Of a stretch of DNA of 40,445 nucleotides, positions 26,734-37,803 are shown piece by piece. Numbering within the stretch: position 1 is the stretch's first letter; every line of letters starts with the position of its first letter. This stretch comes from a virus (lineage: Duplodnaviria; Heunggongvirae; Uroviricota; Caudoviricetes). The stretch lies in the IMG/VR virus record IMGVR_UViG_2541047760_000006, one strand, 5' to 3'. Below the pieces are notes generated by a model, which was not told where the DNA came from, did not search any database, and saw only the letters and a list, made by a program, of their open reading frames with translations. The translations under genes and the position numbers were made by a program.

Positions 26734-27312
26734 ATGGCCATAAAAGGTCTTGAGCAGGCCGTTGAAAACCTCAGCCGTATCAGCAAAACGGCAGTGCCTG
26801 GTGCCGCCGCAATGGCCATTAACCGCGTTGCTTCATCCGCGATATCGCAGTCGGCGTCACTGGTTGCCCGTGAGACAAAGGTACGCCGGAAACTGGTAAA
26901 GGAAAGGGCCAGGCTGAAAAGGGCCACGGTCAAAAATCCGCAGGCCAGAATCAAAGTTAACCGGGGGGATTTGCCCGTAATCAGGCTGGGTAATGCGCGG
27001 GTTGTCCTTTCGCGCCGCAGGCGTCGTAAAAAGGGGCAGCGTTCATCCCTGAAAGGTGGCGGCAGCGTGCTTGTGGTGGGTAACCGTCGTATTCCCGGCG
27101 CGTTTATTCAGCAACTGAAAAATGGCCGCTGGCATGTCATGCAGCGTGTGGCCGGGAAAAACCGTTACCCCATTGATGTGGTGAAAATTCCGATGGCGGT
27201 GCCGCTGACCACGGCGTTTAAACAGAATATTGAGCGGATACGGCGTGAGCGTCTTCCGAAAGAGCTGGGCTATGCGCTGCAGCATCAACTGAGGATGGTA
27301 ATAAAGCGATGA
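26734..27312 (+). CDS. Z: tail completion protein gpZ
   Basis: Internal ATG at 26734: MAIKGLEQAVENLSRISKTAVPGAAAMAINRVASSAISQSAS..., essentially identical to lambda gpZ. Confidence 0.95.
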   Translation: MAIKGLEQAVENLSRISKTAVPGAAAMAINRVASSAISQSASLVARETKVRRKLVKERARLKRATVKNPQARIKVNRGDLPVIRLGNARVVLSRRRRRKKGQRSSLKGGGSVLVVGNRRIPGAFIQQLKNGRWHVMQRVAGKNRYPIDVVKIPMAVPLTTAFKQNIERIRRERLPKELGYALQHQLRMVIKR

Positions 27313-27704
27313 AACATACTGAATTCCGTGCAGCCGTACTGGATGCACTGGAAAAACATGACACCGGGGCGACGCTTTTTGATGGTCGCCCCGCTGTTTT
27401 TGATGAGGCGGATTTTCCGGCAATTGCCGTTTATCTCACCGGCGCTGAATACACGGGCGAAGAGCTGGACAGCGATACCTGGCAGGCGGAGCTGCATATT
27501 GAAGTTTTCCTGCCTGCTCAGGTGCCGGATTCAGAGCTGGATTCGTGGATGGAAAGCCGGATTTATCCGGCGATGAGCGATATCCCGGCACTGTCAGATT
27601 TGATCACCAGTATGGTGGCCAGTGGCTATGACTACCGGCGCGACGATGATGCGGGCCTGTGGAGTTCAGCCGATCTGACTTATGTCATTACCTATGAAAT
27701 GTGA
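27309..27704 (+). CDS. U: tail terminator gpU
   Basis: 131-aa product [67 protein letters not shown]... matches lambda gpU. Confidence 0.97.
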   Translation: MKHTEFRAAVLDALEKHDTGATLFDGRPAVFDEADFPAIAVYLTGAEYTGEELDSDTWQAELHIEVFLPAQVPDSELDSWMESRIYPAMSDIPALSDLITSMVASGYDYRRDDDAGLWSSADLTYVITYEM

Positions 27705-27711
27705 GGACGAT

Positions 27712-28452
27712 ATGCCAACACCAAATCCTCTGGCACCGGTGAAAGGGGCCGGAACCACACTGTGGGTTTATAACGGGAGCGGCGACCCTTATGCAAACCC
27801 GCTTTCAGACAATGACTGGTCGCGTCTGGCAAAAATTAAAGACCTGACGCCCGGCGAACTGACCGCTGAGTCCTATGACGACAGTTATCTCGATGATGAA
27901 GATGCGGACTGGACCGCGACCGGGCAGGGGCAGAAATCCGCCGGAGATACCAGCTTCACGCTGGCGTGGATGCCCGGAGAGCAGGGGCAGCAGGCGCTGC
28001 TGGCGTGGTTTAATGAAGGTGATACCCGTGCCTATAAAATCCGCTTCCCGAACGGCACGGTCGATGTGTTCCGTGGCTGGGTCAGCAGTATCGGTAAGGC
28101 GGTGACGGCGAAGGAAGTGATCACCCGTACGGTGAAGGTCACCAATGTGGGCCGTCCGTCAATGGCAGAAGATCGCAGTACGGTGACGGCGGCAACCGGT
28201 ATGACCGTGACGCCTGCCAGCTCCTCGGTGGTGAAAGGGCAGAGCACCACGCTGACCGTGGCCTTCCAGCCGGAGGGCGCAACTGACAAGAGCTTCCGTG
28301 CGGTGTCAGCGGATAAAACAAAAGCCACCGTGTCGGTCAGTGGTATGACCATCACCGTGAACGGCGTTGCTGCAGGCAAGGTCAACATTCCGGTTGTATC
28401 CGGTAATGGTGAACTTGCTGCGGTTGCAGAAATCACTGTCACCGACAGTTAA
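27712..28452 (+). CDS. V: major tail protein gpV
   Basis: Internal ATG at 27712: [41 protein letters not shown]..., matches lambda gpV. Confidence 0.97.
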   Translation: MPTPNPLAPVKGAGTTLWVYNGSGDPYANPLSDNDWSRLAKIKDLTPGELTAESYDDSYLDDEDADWTATGQGQKSAGDTSFTLAWMPGEQGQQALLAWFNEGDTRAYKIRFPNGTVDVFRGWVSSIGKAVTAKEVITRTVKVTNVGRPSMAEDRSTVTAATGMTVTPASSSVVKGQSTTLTVAFQPEGATDKSFRAVSADKTKATVSVSGMTITVNGVAAGKVNIPVVSGNGELAAVAEITVTDS

Positions 28453-28467
28453 TCCGGAGAGTCAGCG

Positions 28468-28890
28468 ATGTTCCTGAAAACCGAATCATTTGAACATAAC
28501 GGCGTGACCGTCACGCTTTCTGAACTGTCAGCCCTGCAGCGTATTGAGCATCTCGCCCTGATGAAACAGCAGGCAGAACAGGCGGAGTCAGACAGCAACC
28601 GGCAGGTTACTGTGGAAGACGCCATCAGAACCGGTGCTTTTGTGGTGGCGATGTCCCTGTGGCATAACCATCCGCAGAAGACAAAGCAGCCTTCCATGAA
28701 TGAAGCCGTTAAACAGATTGAGCAGGAAGTGCTTACCACCTGGCCCGCGGAGGCAATTTCTCATGCTGAAAACGTGGTGTACCGGCTGTCCGGTATGTAT
28801 GGGTTTGTGGTGAATGATGCCCCTGACCAGGCAGAGGACTCCGGGCCTGCAGAGCCTGTTTCTGCGGGAAAGTGTTCGACGGTGAGCTGA
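28468..28890 (+). CDS. G: tail assembly chaperone gpG
   Basis: 140-aa product MFLKTESFEHNGVTVTLSELSALQRIEHLALMKQQAEQAESDS..., matches lambda gpG. Confidence 0.95.
   Translation: MFLKTESFEHNGVTVTLSELSALQRIEHLALMKQQAEQAESDSNRQVTVEDAIRTGAFVVAMSLWHNHPQKTKQPSMNEAVKQIEQEVLTTWPAEAISHAENVVYRLSGMYGFVVNDAPDQAEDSGPAEPVSAGKCSTVS
28866..28872 (+). other. programmed -1 ribosomal frameshift slippery heptamer G GGA AAG (G to G-T fusion)
   Basis: gggaaag at 28866-28872 in the G frame as G|GGA|AAG, 6 codons before the G stop; a -1 slip enters the T frame (track ORF 28872..29306). Confidence 0.8.
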
Positions 28891-29306
28891 GTTTTGCCCT
28901 GAAACTGGCGCGAGAGATGGGGCGACCTGACTGGCGCGCCATGCTTGCCGGGATGTCATCCACGGAGTATGCCGACTGGCACCGCTTTTACAGTACCCAT
29001 TATTTTCATGATGTTCTGCTGGATATGCACTTTTCCGGGCTGACGTACACTGTGCTCAGCCTGTTTTTCAGCGATCCGGATATGCATCCGCTGGATTTCA
29101 GTTTGCTGAACCGGCGTGAGGATGACGAAGAGCCTGAAGATGATGTGCTGATGCAGAAAGCGGCAGGGCTTACCGGAGGCGTCCGCTTTGACCCGGACGG
29201 AAATGAAGTTATCCCCGCTTCCCCGGATATGGCGGGCATGACGGAGGATGACGTAATGCTGATGACAGTATCAGAAGGGATCGCAGGAGGAGTCCGGTAT
29301 GGCTGA
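28872..29306 (+). CDS. T: gpT portion of the gpG-T frameshift fusion (tail assembly chaperone)
   Basis: -1 frame relative to G, no independent RBS; track translation MFDGELSFALKLAREMGRPDWRAMLAGMSSTEYADWHRFYSTHYFHDVLLDMHF... is lambda gpT-like. Confidence 0.85.
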   Translation: MFDGELSFALKLAREMGRPDWRAMLAGMSSTEYADWHRFYSTHYFHDVLLDMHFSGLTYTVLSLFFSDPDMHPLDFSLLNRREDDEEPEDDVLMQKAAGLTGGVRFDPDGNEVIPASPDMAGMTEDDVMLMTVSEGIAGGVRYG

Positions 29307-31860
29307 ACCGGTAGGCGATCTGGTCGTTGATTTAAGTCTGGATGCGGCCAGATTTGACGAGCAGATGGCCAGAGTCAGGCGTCATTTTTCCGGTACGGAA
29401 AGTGATGCGAAAAAAACAGCGGCAGTCGTTGAACAGTCGCTGAGCCGACAGGCGCTGGCTGCACAGAAAGCGGGGATTTCCGTCGGGCAGTATAAAGCCG
29501 CCATGCGTATGCTGCCTGCACAGTTCACCGACGTGGCCACGCAGCTTGCAGGCGGGCAAAGCCCGTGGCTGATCCTGCTGCAACAGGGTGGTCAGGTTAA
29601 GGACTCCTTCGGCGGGATGATCCCCATGTTCCGGGGGCTTGCCGGTGCGATCACCCTGCCGATGGTCGGGGCCACCTCGCTGGCGGTGGCGACCGGTGCG
29701 CTGGCGTATGCCTGGTATCAGGGTAACTCAACCCTGTCCGATTTCAACAAAACGCTGGTCCTTTCCGGCAATCAGTCGGGTCTGACGGCAGATCGTATGC
29801 TGGTCCTGTCCAGAGCCGGGCAGGCGGCAGGGCTGACGTTTAACCAGACCAGCGAGTCACTCAGCGCACTGGTTAAGGCGGGAGTAAGCGGTGAGGCTCA
29901 GATTGCATCCATCAGCCAGAGTGTGGCGCGTTTCTCCTCTGCATCCGGCGTGGAGGTGGACAAGGTCGCTGAAGCCTTCGGGAAGCTGACCACTGACCCG
30001 ACGTCGGGGCTGACGGCGATGGCGCGCCAGTTCCATAACGTAACGGCGGAGCAGATTGCGTATGTTGCTCAGTTGCAGCGTTCCGGCGATGAATCCGGGG
30101 CATTGCAGGCGGCGAACGAGGCCGCAACGAAAGGGTTTGATGACCAGACCCGACGCCTGAAAGAGAACATGGGCACGCTGGAAACCTGGGCAGACAGGAC
30201 AGCACGGGCATTCAAATCCATGTGGGATGCGGTGCTGGATATTGGTCGTCCTGATACCGCTCAGGAGATGCTGATTAAGGCAGAGGCTGCGTTTAAGAAA
30301 GCGGACGACATCTGGAATCTGCGCAAGGATGATTATTTTGTTAACGATGAAGCGCGGGCGCGTTACTGGGATGATCGTGAAAAGGCCCGTCTTGCGCTTG
30401 AAGCCGCCCGAAAGAAGGCTGAACAGCAGAGTCAACAGGACAAAAATGCGCAGCAGCAGAGCGATACCGAAGCATCACGGCTGAAATATACCGAAGAGGC
30501 GCAGAAGGCTTACGAACGGCTGCAGACACCGCTGGAGAAATATACCGCCCGTCAGGAAGAACTGAACAAGGCACTGAAAGACGGGAAAATCCTGCAGGCA
30601 GATTACAACACGCTGATGGCGGCGGCGAAAAAGGACTATGAAGCGACGCTGAAAAAGCCGAAACAGTCCGGCGTGAAGGTGTCTGCGGGCGATCGTCAGG
30701 AAGACAGTGCTCATGCTGCCCTGCTGACGCTTCAGGCTGAACTCCGGACGCTGGAGAAGCATGCCGGAGCAAATGAGAAAATCAGCCAGCAGCGCCGGGA
30801 TTTGTGGAAGGCGGAGAGTCAGTTCGCGGTACTGGAGGAGGCGGCGCAACGTCGCCAGCTGTCTGCACAGGAGAAATCCCTGCTGGCGCATAAAGATGAG
30901 ACGCTGGAGTACAAACGCCAGCTGGCTGCACTTGGCGACAAGGTTACGTATCAGGAGCGCCTGAACGCGCTGGCGCAGCAGGCGGATAAATTCGCACAGC
31001 AGCAACGGGCAAAACGGGCCGCCATTGATGCGAAAAGCCGGGGGCTGACTGACCGGCAGGCAGAACGGGAAGCCACAGAACAGCGCCTGAAGGAACAGTA
31101 TGGCGATAATCCTCTGGCGCTGAATAACGTCATGTCAGAGCAGAAAAAGACCTGGGCGGCTGAAGACCTGCTTCGCGGGAACTGGATGGCAGGCCTCAGG
31201 TCCGGCTGGAGCGAGTGGAAAGAGAGTGCCACGGACAGTATGTCGCAGGTTAAAAGTGCTGCCACGCAGACCTTTGATGGTATTGCGCAGAATATGGCGG
31301 CGATGCTGACCGGCAGTGAACAGAACTGGCGCAGCTTCACCCGCTCCGTGCTGTCCATGATGACAGAAATTCTGCTTAAGCAGGCAATGGTGGGGATTGT
31401 CGGGAGTATCGGCAGCGCTATTGGCGGGGCTGTTGGTGGCGGCGCATCCGCGTCAGGCGGTACAGCCATTCAGGCCGCTGCGGCGAAACTCCATTTTGCA
31501 ACCGGAGGATTTACGGGAACCGGCGGCAAATATGAGCCAGCGGGGATTGTTCACCGTGGTGAATTTGTCTTCACGAAGGAGGCAACCAGCCGGATTGGCG
31601 TGGGAAATCTCTACCGGCTGATGCGCGGCTATGCCACCGGCGGTTATGTCGGTGGCACCGGAAGTCCGGCGCAAATGCGGCGTTCAGAGGGTATCAGGTT
31701 TGAGCAGAACAACAACGTGGTGATTCAGAACGACGGTACGAATGGTCTGCCAGGTCCACAGATGATGAAGGCGGTGTATGACATGGCCCGCAAGGGTGCC
31801 CGTGATGAAATCCAGGCACAGATGCGCGATGGTGGTCTGTTCTCCGGAGGTGGACGATGA
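29299..31860 (+). CDS. H: tail tape-measure protein gpH
   Basis: 853-aa ORF directly after G/T, coiled-coil-rich with Gly-rich C-terminal region; lambda gpH-like. Confidence 0.95.
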   Translation: MAEPVGDLVVDLSLDAARFDEQMARVRRHFSGTESDAKKTAAVVEQSLSRQALAAQKAGISVGQYKAAMRMLPAQFTDVATQLAGGQSPWLILLQQGGQVKDSFGGMIPMFRGLAGAITLPMVGATSLAVATGALAYAWYQGNSTLSDFNKTLVLSGNQSGLTADRMLVLSRAGQAAGLTFNQTSESLSALVKAGVSGEAQIASISQSVARFSSASGVEVDKVAEAFGKLTTDPTSGLTAMARQFHNVTAEQIAYVAQLQRSGDESGALQAANEAATKGFDDQTRRLKENMGTLETWADRTARAFKSMWDAVLDIGRPDTAQEMLIKAEAAFKKADDIWNLRKDDYFVNDEARARYWDDREKARLALEAARKKAEQQSQQDKNAQQQSDTEASRLKYTEEAQKAYERLQTPLEKYTARQEELNKALKDGKILQADYNTLMAAAKKDYEATLKKPKQSGVKVSAGDRQEDSAHAALLTLQAELRTLEKHAGANEKISQQRRDLWKAESQFAVLEEAAQRRQLSAQEKSLLAHKDETLEYKRQLAALGDKVTYQERLNALAQQADKFAQQQRAKRAAIDAKSRGLTDRQAEREATEQRLKEQYGDNPLALNNVMSEQKKTWAAEDLLRGNWMAGLRSGWSEWKESATDSMSQVKSAATQTFDGIAQNMAAMLTGSEQNWRSFTRSVLSMMTEILLKQAMVGIVGSIGSAIGGAVGGGASASGGTAIQAAAAKLHFATGGFTGTGGKYEPAGIVHRGEFVFTKEATSRIGVGNLYRLMRGYATGGYVGGTGSPAQMRRSEGIRFEQNNNVVIQNDGTNGLPGPQMMKAVYDMARKGARDEIQAQMRDGGLFSGGGR

Positions 31861-32186
31861 AAACCTTCCGCTGGAAAGTGAAACCCGGGATGGATGTGAC
31901 ATCGGCTCCTTCCGTCAGGGAGGTGCGCTTTGGTGATGGCTATTCCCAGCGTGCGCCTGCCGGGCTGAACGCTGACCTGAAAACGTACAGCGTGACGCTG
32001 TCTGTCTCCCGTGAGGAGGCCACGGCGCTGGAGTCGTTTCTGGCTGAGCACGGGGGCTGGAAGGCCTTTCTGTGGACGCCGCCTTATGGTTACAGGCAGA
32101 TAAAGGTGACCTGCGCAAAATGGTCGTCGCGGGTCAGTATGCTGCGTGTTGAGTTCAGCGCAGAGTTTGAACAGGTGGTGAACTGA
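31857..32186 (+). CDS. M: minor tail protein gpM
   Basis: 109-aa product MKTFRWKVKPGMDVTSAPSVREVRFGDGYSQRAPAGLNADLKTYSVTLSV... matches lambda gpM. Confidence 0.97.
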   Translation: MKTFRWKVKPGMDVTSAPSVREVRFGDGYSQRAPAGLNADLKTYSVTLSVSREEATALESFLAEHGGWKAFLWTPPYGYRQIKVTCAKWSSRVSMLRVEFSAEFEQVVN

Positions 32187-32884
32187 TGCAGGATATCCGG
32201 CAGGAAACATTGAATGAATGCACCCGTGCGGAGCAGTCGGCCAGCGTGGTGCTCTGGGAAATCGATCTGACAGAGGTCGGTGGAGAACGTTATTTTTTCT
32301 GTAATGAGCAGAACGAAAAAGGTGAGCCGGTCACCTGGCAGGGGCGACAGTATCAGCCGTATCCCATTCAGGGGAGTAGTTTTGAACTGAATGGCAAAGG
32401 CACCAGTACGCGCCCCACGCTGACGGTTTCTAACCTGTACGGTATGGTCACCGGGATGGTGGAAGATCTGCAGAGTCTGGTCGGCGGAACGGTGGTCAGG
32501 CGTAAGGTTTACGCCCGTTTTCTGGATGCGGTGAACTTCGTCAACGGAAACAGCGACGCCGATCCGGAGCAGGAGGTGATCAGCCGCTGGCGCATCGAGC
32601 AGTGCAGCGAACTGAGTGCGGTCAGTGCCTCCTTTGTACTGTCCACACCGACGGAAACGGATGGTGCCGTTTTTCCGGGGCGCATCATGCTGGCTAATAC
32701 CTGCACCTGGACCTATCGCGGTGATGAGTGCGGTTATCACGGTCCGGCGGTCGCGGATGAATATGATCAGCCGACTTCCGATATCACGAAGGATAAATGC
32801 AGCAAATGCCTGAGCGGCTGTAAGTTTCGCAATAACGTCGGCAACTTTGGCGGCTTCCTTTCCATTAACAAACTTTCGCAGTAA
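32186..32884 (+). CDS. L: minor tail protein gpL
   Basis: 232-aa ORF starting MQDIRQETLNECTRAEQSASVVLWEIDLTEVGGERYFFCNEQNEKGEPVTWQGRQYQPYPIQGSSFELNGKG... , lambda gpL-like, with Cys cluster near the C-terminus. Confidence 0.95.
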   Translation: MQDIRQETLNECTRAEQSASVVLWEIDLTEVGGERYFFCNEQNEKGEPVTWQGRQYQPYPIQGSSFELNGKGTSTRPTLTVSNLYGMVTGMVEDLQSLVGGTVVRRKVYARFLDAVNFVNGNSDADPEQEVISRWRIEQCSELSAVSASFVLSTPTETDGAVFPGRIMLANTCTWTYRGDECGYHGPAVADEYDQPTSDITKDKCSKCLSGCKFRNNVGNFGGFLSINKLSQ

Positions 32885-32889
32885 ATCCC

Positions 32890-33633
32890 ATGACAGAGAC
32901 AGAATCAGCGATTCTGGCGCATGCCCGGCGATGTGCGCCAGCGGAGTCGTGCGGCTTCGTGGTGAGAGCGCCGGAGGGGGAAAGATATTTTCCCTGCGTG
33001 AATATCTCCGGTGAGCCGGAGGCGTATTTCCGGATGGCTCCGGAGGACTGGCTGCAGGCAGAGATGCAGGGTGAGATTGTGGCGCTGGTCCACAGTCATC
33101 CCGGTGGTCTGCCCTGGCTGAGTGAGGCCGACCGGCGGCTGCAGGTGCAGAGTGATTTGCCGTGGTGGCTGGTCTGCCGGGGGGCGATTCATAAGTTCCG
33201 CTGTGTGCCGCATCTCACCGGGCGGCGCTTTGAGCACGGGGTGACGGACTGTTACACGCTGTTCCGGGACGCTTACCATCTGGCGGGGATTGAGATGCCG
33301 GACTTTCATCGTGAGGATGACTGGTGGCGTAACGGCCAGAATCTCTATCTTGATAATCTGGAGGCCACAGGGCTGTATCAGGTGCCGTTGTCAGCGGCGC
33401 AGCCGGGCGATGTGCTGCTGTGCTGCTTTGGTTCATCGGTGCCGAATCATGCCGCTATTTACTGTGGTGACGGCGAGCTGCTGCACCATATTCCTGAACA
33501 ACTGAGTAAACGAGAGAGGTATACCGACAAATGGCAGCGACGCACACACTCCCTCTGGCGTCACCGGGCATGGCGCGCATCTGCCTTTACGGGGATTTAC
33601 AACGATTTGGCCGCCGCATCGACCTTCGTGTGA
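32890..33633 (+). CDS. K: tail assembly protein gpK (JAB/MPN + NlpC/P60-like)
   Basis: 247-aa product MTETESAILAHARRCAPAESCGFVV...HSHPGG...DCYTLFRDAYHLAGIEMPDFHREDDWW..., lambda gpK-like. Confidence 0.95.
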   Translation: MTETESAILAHARRCAPAESCGFVVRAPEGERYFPCVNISGEPEAYFRMAPEDWLQAEMQGEIVALVHSHPGGLPWLSEADRRLQVQSDLPWWLVCRGAIHKFRCVPHLTGRRFEHGVTDCYTLFRDAYHLAGIEMPDFHREDDWWRNGQNLYLDNLEATGLYQVPLSAAQPGDVLLCCFGSSVPNHAAIYCGDGELLHHIPEQLSKRERYTDKWQRRTHSLWRHRAWRASAFTGIYNDLAAASTFV

Positions 33634-34202
33634 AAACGGGGGCTGAAGCCATCCGCGCACTGGCCACACAGCTCCCGGTGTTTCGTCAGAAACTGAGCGA
33701 CGGCTGGTATCAGGTACGGATTGCCGGGCGGGACGTCAGCACGTCCGGGTTAACGGCGCAGTTACATGAGACTCTGCCTGATGGCGCTGTGATTCATATT
33801 GTTCCCAGAGTCGCCGGGGCCAAGTCAGGTGGCGTATTCCAGATTGTCCTGGGGGCTGCCGCCATTGCCGGATCATTCTTTACCGCCGGAGCCACCCTTG
33901 CAGCATGGGGGGCAGCCATTGGGGCCGGTGGTATGACCGGCATCCTGTTTTCTCTCGGTGCCAGTATGGTGCTCGGTGGTGTGGCGCAGATGCTGGCACC
34001 GAAAGCCAGAACTCCCCGTACACAGACAACGGATAACGGCAAACAGAACACCTATTTCTCCTCACTGGATAACATGGTTGCCCAGGGCAATGTTCTGCCG
34101 GTTCTGTACGGTGAAATGCGCGTGGGGTCACGCGTGGTTTCTCAGGAGATCAGCACGGCAGACGAAGGGGATGGTGGTCAGGTTGTGGTGATTGGTCGCT
34201 GA
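33531..34202 (+). CDS. I: tail assembly protein gpI
   Basis: 223-aa ORF overlapping the 3' end of K, with a ubiquitin-like N-terminus and Gly/Ala-rich hydrophobic segment as in lambda gpI. Confidence 0.9.
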   Translation: MAATHTLPLASPGMARICLYGDLQRFGRRIDLRVKTGAEAIRALATQLPVFRQKLSDGWYQVRIAGRDVSTSGLTAQLHETLPDGAVIHIVPRVAGAKSGGVFQIVLGAAAIAGSFFTAGATLAAWGAAIGAGGMTGILFSLGASMVLGGVAQMLAPKARTPRTQTTDNGKQNTYFSSLDNMVAQGNVLPVLYGEMRVGSRVVSQEISTADEGDGGQVVVIGR

Positions 34203-34262
34203 TGCAAAATGTTTTATGTGAAACCGCCTCCGGGCGGTTTTATCGTTTATGGAGCATGAGGA

Positions 34263-37200
34263 ATGGGTAAAGGCAGCAGTAAGGGGCATACCCCGCGCGA
34301 AGCGAAGGACAACCTGAAATCATCCCAGATGCTGAGCGTGATAGACGCCATCAGCGAAGGGCCGGTTGAAGGTCCGGTGGATGGATTAAAAAGCGTGCTG
34401 CTGAACAGTACGCCGGTGCTGGACAGTGAGGGGAATACCAATATATTCGGCGTCACGGTGGTGTTCCGGGCCGGTGAGCAGGAGCAGACACCGCCGGAGG
34501 GATTTGAATCCTCCGGCTCCGAGACGGTGCTCGGTACAGAAGTGAAATATGACACGCCGATCACCCGGACCATCACGTCGGCAAACATTGACCGTCTGCG
34601 TTTTACTTTCGGCGTGCAGGCACTGGTGGAAACCACCTCAAAGGGGGACAGGAATCCATCGGAAGTCCGCCTGCTGGTTCAGATTCAACGTAACGGTGGC
34701 TGGGTGACGGAAAAAGACATCACCATTAAGGGCAAAACCACGTCGCAGTATCTGGCCTCGGTGGTGGTGGATAACCTGCCGCCGCGCCCGTTTAATATCC
34801 GGATGCGCAGGATGACGCCGGACAGCACCACAGACCAGTTGCAGAACAAAACGCTCTGGTCGTCATACACCGAAATCATCGATGTGAAACAGTGCTACCC
34901 GAACACGGCACTGGTCGGCGTACAGGTGGACTCGGAGCAGTTCGGCAGCCAGCAGGTGAGCCGTAATTATCATCTTCGCGGGCGCATTCTGCAGGTGCCG
35001 TCGAACTATAACCCGCAGACGCGGCAATACAGCGGTATCTGGGACGGAACGTTTAAGCCAGCATACAGCAACAACATGGCCTGGTGTCTGTGGGATATGC
35101 TGACCCATCCGCGCTACGGCATGGGGAAACGTCTTGGTGCGGCAGATGTGGATAAATGGGCGCTGTATGTCATCGGCCAGAATTGCGACCAGTCAGTGCC
35201 GGACGGCTTTGGCGGCACGGAGCCGCGCATCACCTGTAATGCGTACCTGACCACACAGCGCAAGGCGTGGGATGTGCTCAGTGATTTTTGCTCGGCGATG
35301 CGCTGTATGCCGGTATGGAACGGGCAGACGCTGACATTCGTGCAGGACCGACCGTCGGATAAGGTGTGGACCTATAACCGCAGTAATGTGGTGATGCCGG
35401 ATGATGGCGCGCCGTTCCGCTACAGCTTCAGCGCCCTGAAAGACCGCCATAATGCCGTTGAGGTGAACTGGATTGACCCGGATAACGGCTGGGAGACGGC
35501 GACAGAGCTTGTGGAGGACACGCAGGCCATTGCCCGTTACGGTCGTAACGTCACGAAGATGGATGCCTTTGGCTGTACCAGCCGGGGGCAGGCACACCGC
35601 GCCGGGCTGTGGCTGATTAAAACGGAGCTGCTGGAAACGCAGACCGTGGACTTCAGCGTGGGTGCAGAAGGGCTTCGCCATGTACCGGGCGATGTCATTG
35701 AAATCTGTGATGATGACTATGCGGGGATCAGCATCGGCGGGCGCGTGCTGGCGGTGAACAACCAGACGCGGACACTGACGCTCGACCGTGAAATCACGCT
35801 GCCATCCTCCGGCACCACGCTGATAAGCCTGGCTGACGGACAGGGGAATCCGGTCAGCGTGGAGGTCCAGTCCGTCACCGACGGCGTGAAGGTAAAAGTG
35901 AGCCGTGTTCCTGACGGCGTTGCAGAATACAGCGTGTGGGGGCTGAAGTTGCCAACGTTGCGCCAGCGCCTGTTCCGCTGTGTGAGTATCCGTGAGAACG
36001 ATGACGGCACGTATGCCATCACTGCCGTGCAGCATGTACCGGAAAAAGAGGCCATCGTGGATAACGGGGCGCACTTTGACGGCGACCAGAGCGGCACGGT
36101 GAATGGTGTCACGCCGCCAGCGGTGCAGCACCTGACTGCCGAAGTCACCGCAGACAGCGGGGAATATCAGGTGCTGGCGCGCTGGGACACGCCGAAGGTG
36201 GTGAAGGGGGTGAGCTTTATGCTTCGCCTGACCGTGGCAGCGGATGACGGCAGTGAGCGGCTGGTCAGCACGGCCCGGACGACGGAAACCACATACCGCT
36301 TCAGGCAACTGGCGCTGGGGAACTACAGGCTGACAGTCCGGGCGGTAAATGCGTGGGGGCAGCAGGGCGATCCGGCATCGGTATCGTTCCGGATTGCCGC
36401 ACCGGCAGCGCCGTCGCAGATTGAGCTGACACCGGGGTATTTTCAGATAACCGCCACGCCGCATCTTGCGGTTTATGATCCGACGGTACAGTTTGAGTTC
36501 TGGTTCTCGGAAAAGCGGATTGCGGATATCAGGCAGGTTGAAACCACAGCACGCTATCTTGGCACGGCGCTGTACTGGATAGCCGCCAGTATCAATATCA
36601 AACCGGGCCATGATTATTATTTTTACATCCGCAGTGTGAACACCGTTGGCAAATCGGCATTTGTGGAGGCTGTTGGCCAGCCGAGTGATGATGCATCCGG
36701 CTATCTGAATTTTTTCAAAGGAGAGATAGGGAAAACCCATCTGGCTCAGGAGTTGTGGACGCAGATTGATAACGGTCAGCTTGCGCCTGACCTGGCTGAA
36801 ATCAGGACGTCCATTACGGGTGTCAGCAATGAAATCACGCAGACCGTCAATAAGAAACTGGAAGACCAGAGTGCAGCGATCCAGCAGATACAGAAGGTTC
36901 AGGTTGATACAAATAATAACCTGAACAGCATGTGGGCTGTGAAGCTGCAGCAGATGCAGGACGGACGCCTTTATATCGCGGGTATTGGTGCCGGTGTTGA
37001 GAATACTCCTGACGGTATGCAGAGTCAGGTGCTGCTGGCGGCGGACAGGATTGCGATGATTAATCCTGCGAATGGCAACACAAAGCCGATGTTTGTTGGG
37101 CAGGGCGATCAGATATTCATGAACGAAGTGTTCCTGAAATATCTGACGGCTCCCACCATTACCAGCGGTGGCAATCCCCCAACGTTTTCACTGACACCTG

Positions 37201-37745
37201 ATGGTCGACTTTCTGCGAAAAATGCGGATATCAGCGGTAACGTGAACGCGAACTCCGGGACGCTCAACAACGTCACGATTAATCAGAACTGTCGGATTCT
37301 GGGAAAACTGTCAGCTAACCAGATTGAAGGTGATATTGTCAAAACGGTGGGAAAAGCCTTTCCGAGAAATGGCAGTTATGCCAGCGGTACAATAACGGTC
37401 ACTGTGTACGATGACCAGGCTTTTGACCGTCAGATAGTAGTCCCCCCCGTTCTGTTTCGTGGGGGTAAGCATGAAAACTTCAACAGCAACAACCAACAGT
37501 CATACTGGTATTCAACCTGTAAGCTGCAGGTACTGAAGAACGGACAGGAAATCTTTCAGCAACCCGCGACGGATGTCAGCAGGGTATTTTCATCAGTCAT
37601 TGATATGCCTGCCGGACACGGCCATGTCACCCTGACTTTCAATGTTTCTTCATATGGTGCTAATAACTGGACGCCAACGACCAGTATCAGCGACCTTCTT
37701 GTTGTTGTGATGAAGAAATCTACAGCCGGTATCAGTATCAGTTGA
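34263..37745 (+). CDS. J: tail tip / central fibre host-specificity protein gpJ
   Basis: 1160-aa ORF after I; lambda gpJ-like over most of its length (fibronectin-III-like repeats); the C-terminal ~150 aa I do not recognise as lambda-type. Confidence 0.95.
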   Translation: MGKGSSKGHTPREAKDNLKSSQMLSVIDAISEGPVEGPVDGLKSVLLNSTPVLDSEGNTNIFGVTVVFRAGEQEQTPPEGFESSGSETVLGTEVKYDTPITRTITSANIDRLRFTFGVQALVETTSKGDRNPSEVRLLVQIQRNGGWVTEKDITIKGKTTSQYLASVVVDNLPPRPFNIRMRRMTPDSTTDQLQNKTLWSSYTEIIDVKQCYPNTALVGVQVDSEQFGSQQVSRNYHLRGRILQVPSNYNPQTRQYSGIWDGTFKPAYSNNMAWCLWDMLTHPRYGMGKRLGAADVDKWALYVIGQNCDQSVPDGFGGTEPRITCNAYLTTQRKAWDVLSDFCSAMRCMPVWNGQTLTFVQDRPSDKVWTYNRSNVVMPDDGAPFRYSFSALKDRHNAVEVNWIDPDNGWETATELVEDTQAIARYGRNVTKMDAFGCTSRGQAHRAGLWLIKTELLETQTVDFSVGAEGLRHVPGDVIEICDDDYAGISIGGRVLAVNNQTRTLTLDREITLPSSGTTLISLADGQGNPVSVEVQSVTDGVKVKVSRVPDGVAEYSVWGLKLPTLRQRLFRCVSIRENDDGTYAITAVQHVPEKEAIVDNGAHFDGDQSGTVNGVTPPAVQHLTAEVTADSGEYQVLARWDTPKVVKGVSFMLRLTVAADDGSERLVSTARTTETTYRFRQLALGNYRLTVRAVNAWGQQGDPASVSFRIAAPAAPSQIELTPGYFQITATPHLAVYDPTVQFEFWFSEKRIADIRQVETTARYLGTALYWIAASINIKPGHDYYFYIRSVNTVGKSAFVEAVGQPSDDASGYLNFFKGEIGKTHLAQELWTQIDNGQLAPDLAEIRTSITGVSNEITQTVNKKLEDQSAAIQQIQKVQVDTNNNLNSMWAVKLQQMQDGRLYIAGIGAGVENTPDGMQSQVLLAADRIAMINPANGNTKPMFVGQGDQIFMNEVFLKYLTAPTITSGGNPPTFSLTPDGRLSAKNADISGNVNANSGTLNNVTINQNCRILGKLSANQIEGDIVKTVGKAFPRNGSYASGTITVTVYDDQAFDRQIVVPPVLFRGGKHENFNSNNQQSYWYSTCKLQVLKNGQEIFQQPATDVSRVFSSVIDMPAGHGHVTLTFNVSSYGANNWTPTTSISDLLVVVMKKSTAGISIS

Positions 37746-37764
37746 ATTTTATAACCCAGATACG

Positions 37765-37790
37765 GGCGCCAGAAATGGCGCCTTTTTTAT
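37765..37790 (+). terminator. rho-independent terminator after J
   Basis: ggcgcc-agaaat-ggcgcc followed by ttttttat. Confidence 0.65.
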
Positions 37791-37803
37791 TTGTGGAGTG
37801 AAT

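Noticed and set aside
29857-31469. Three minus-strand ORFs (29857..30435, 30475..31005, 30951..31469) inside gpH
   Set aside because: All antisense to the tape-measure gene; Arg/Cys/Leu-rich, no start context; tape-measure genes commonly yield long spurious antisense frames.
35193-36740. 515-aa minus-strand ORF inside gpJ
   Set aside because: Antisense to a region where the plus frame is lambda gpJ-like; the translation is Arg/Cys/Pro-rich low-complexity sequence typical of a spurious antisense frame in GC-rich DNA; no RBS context.
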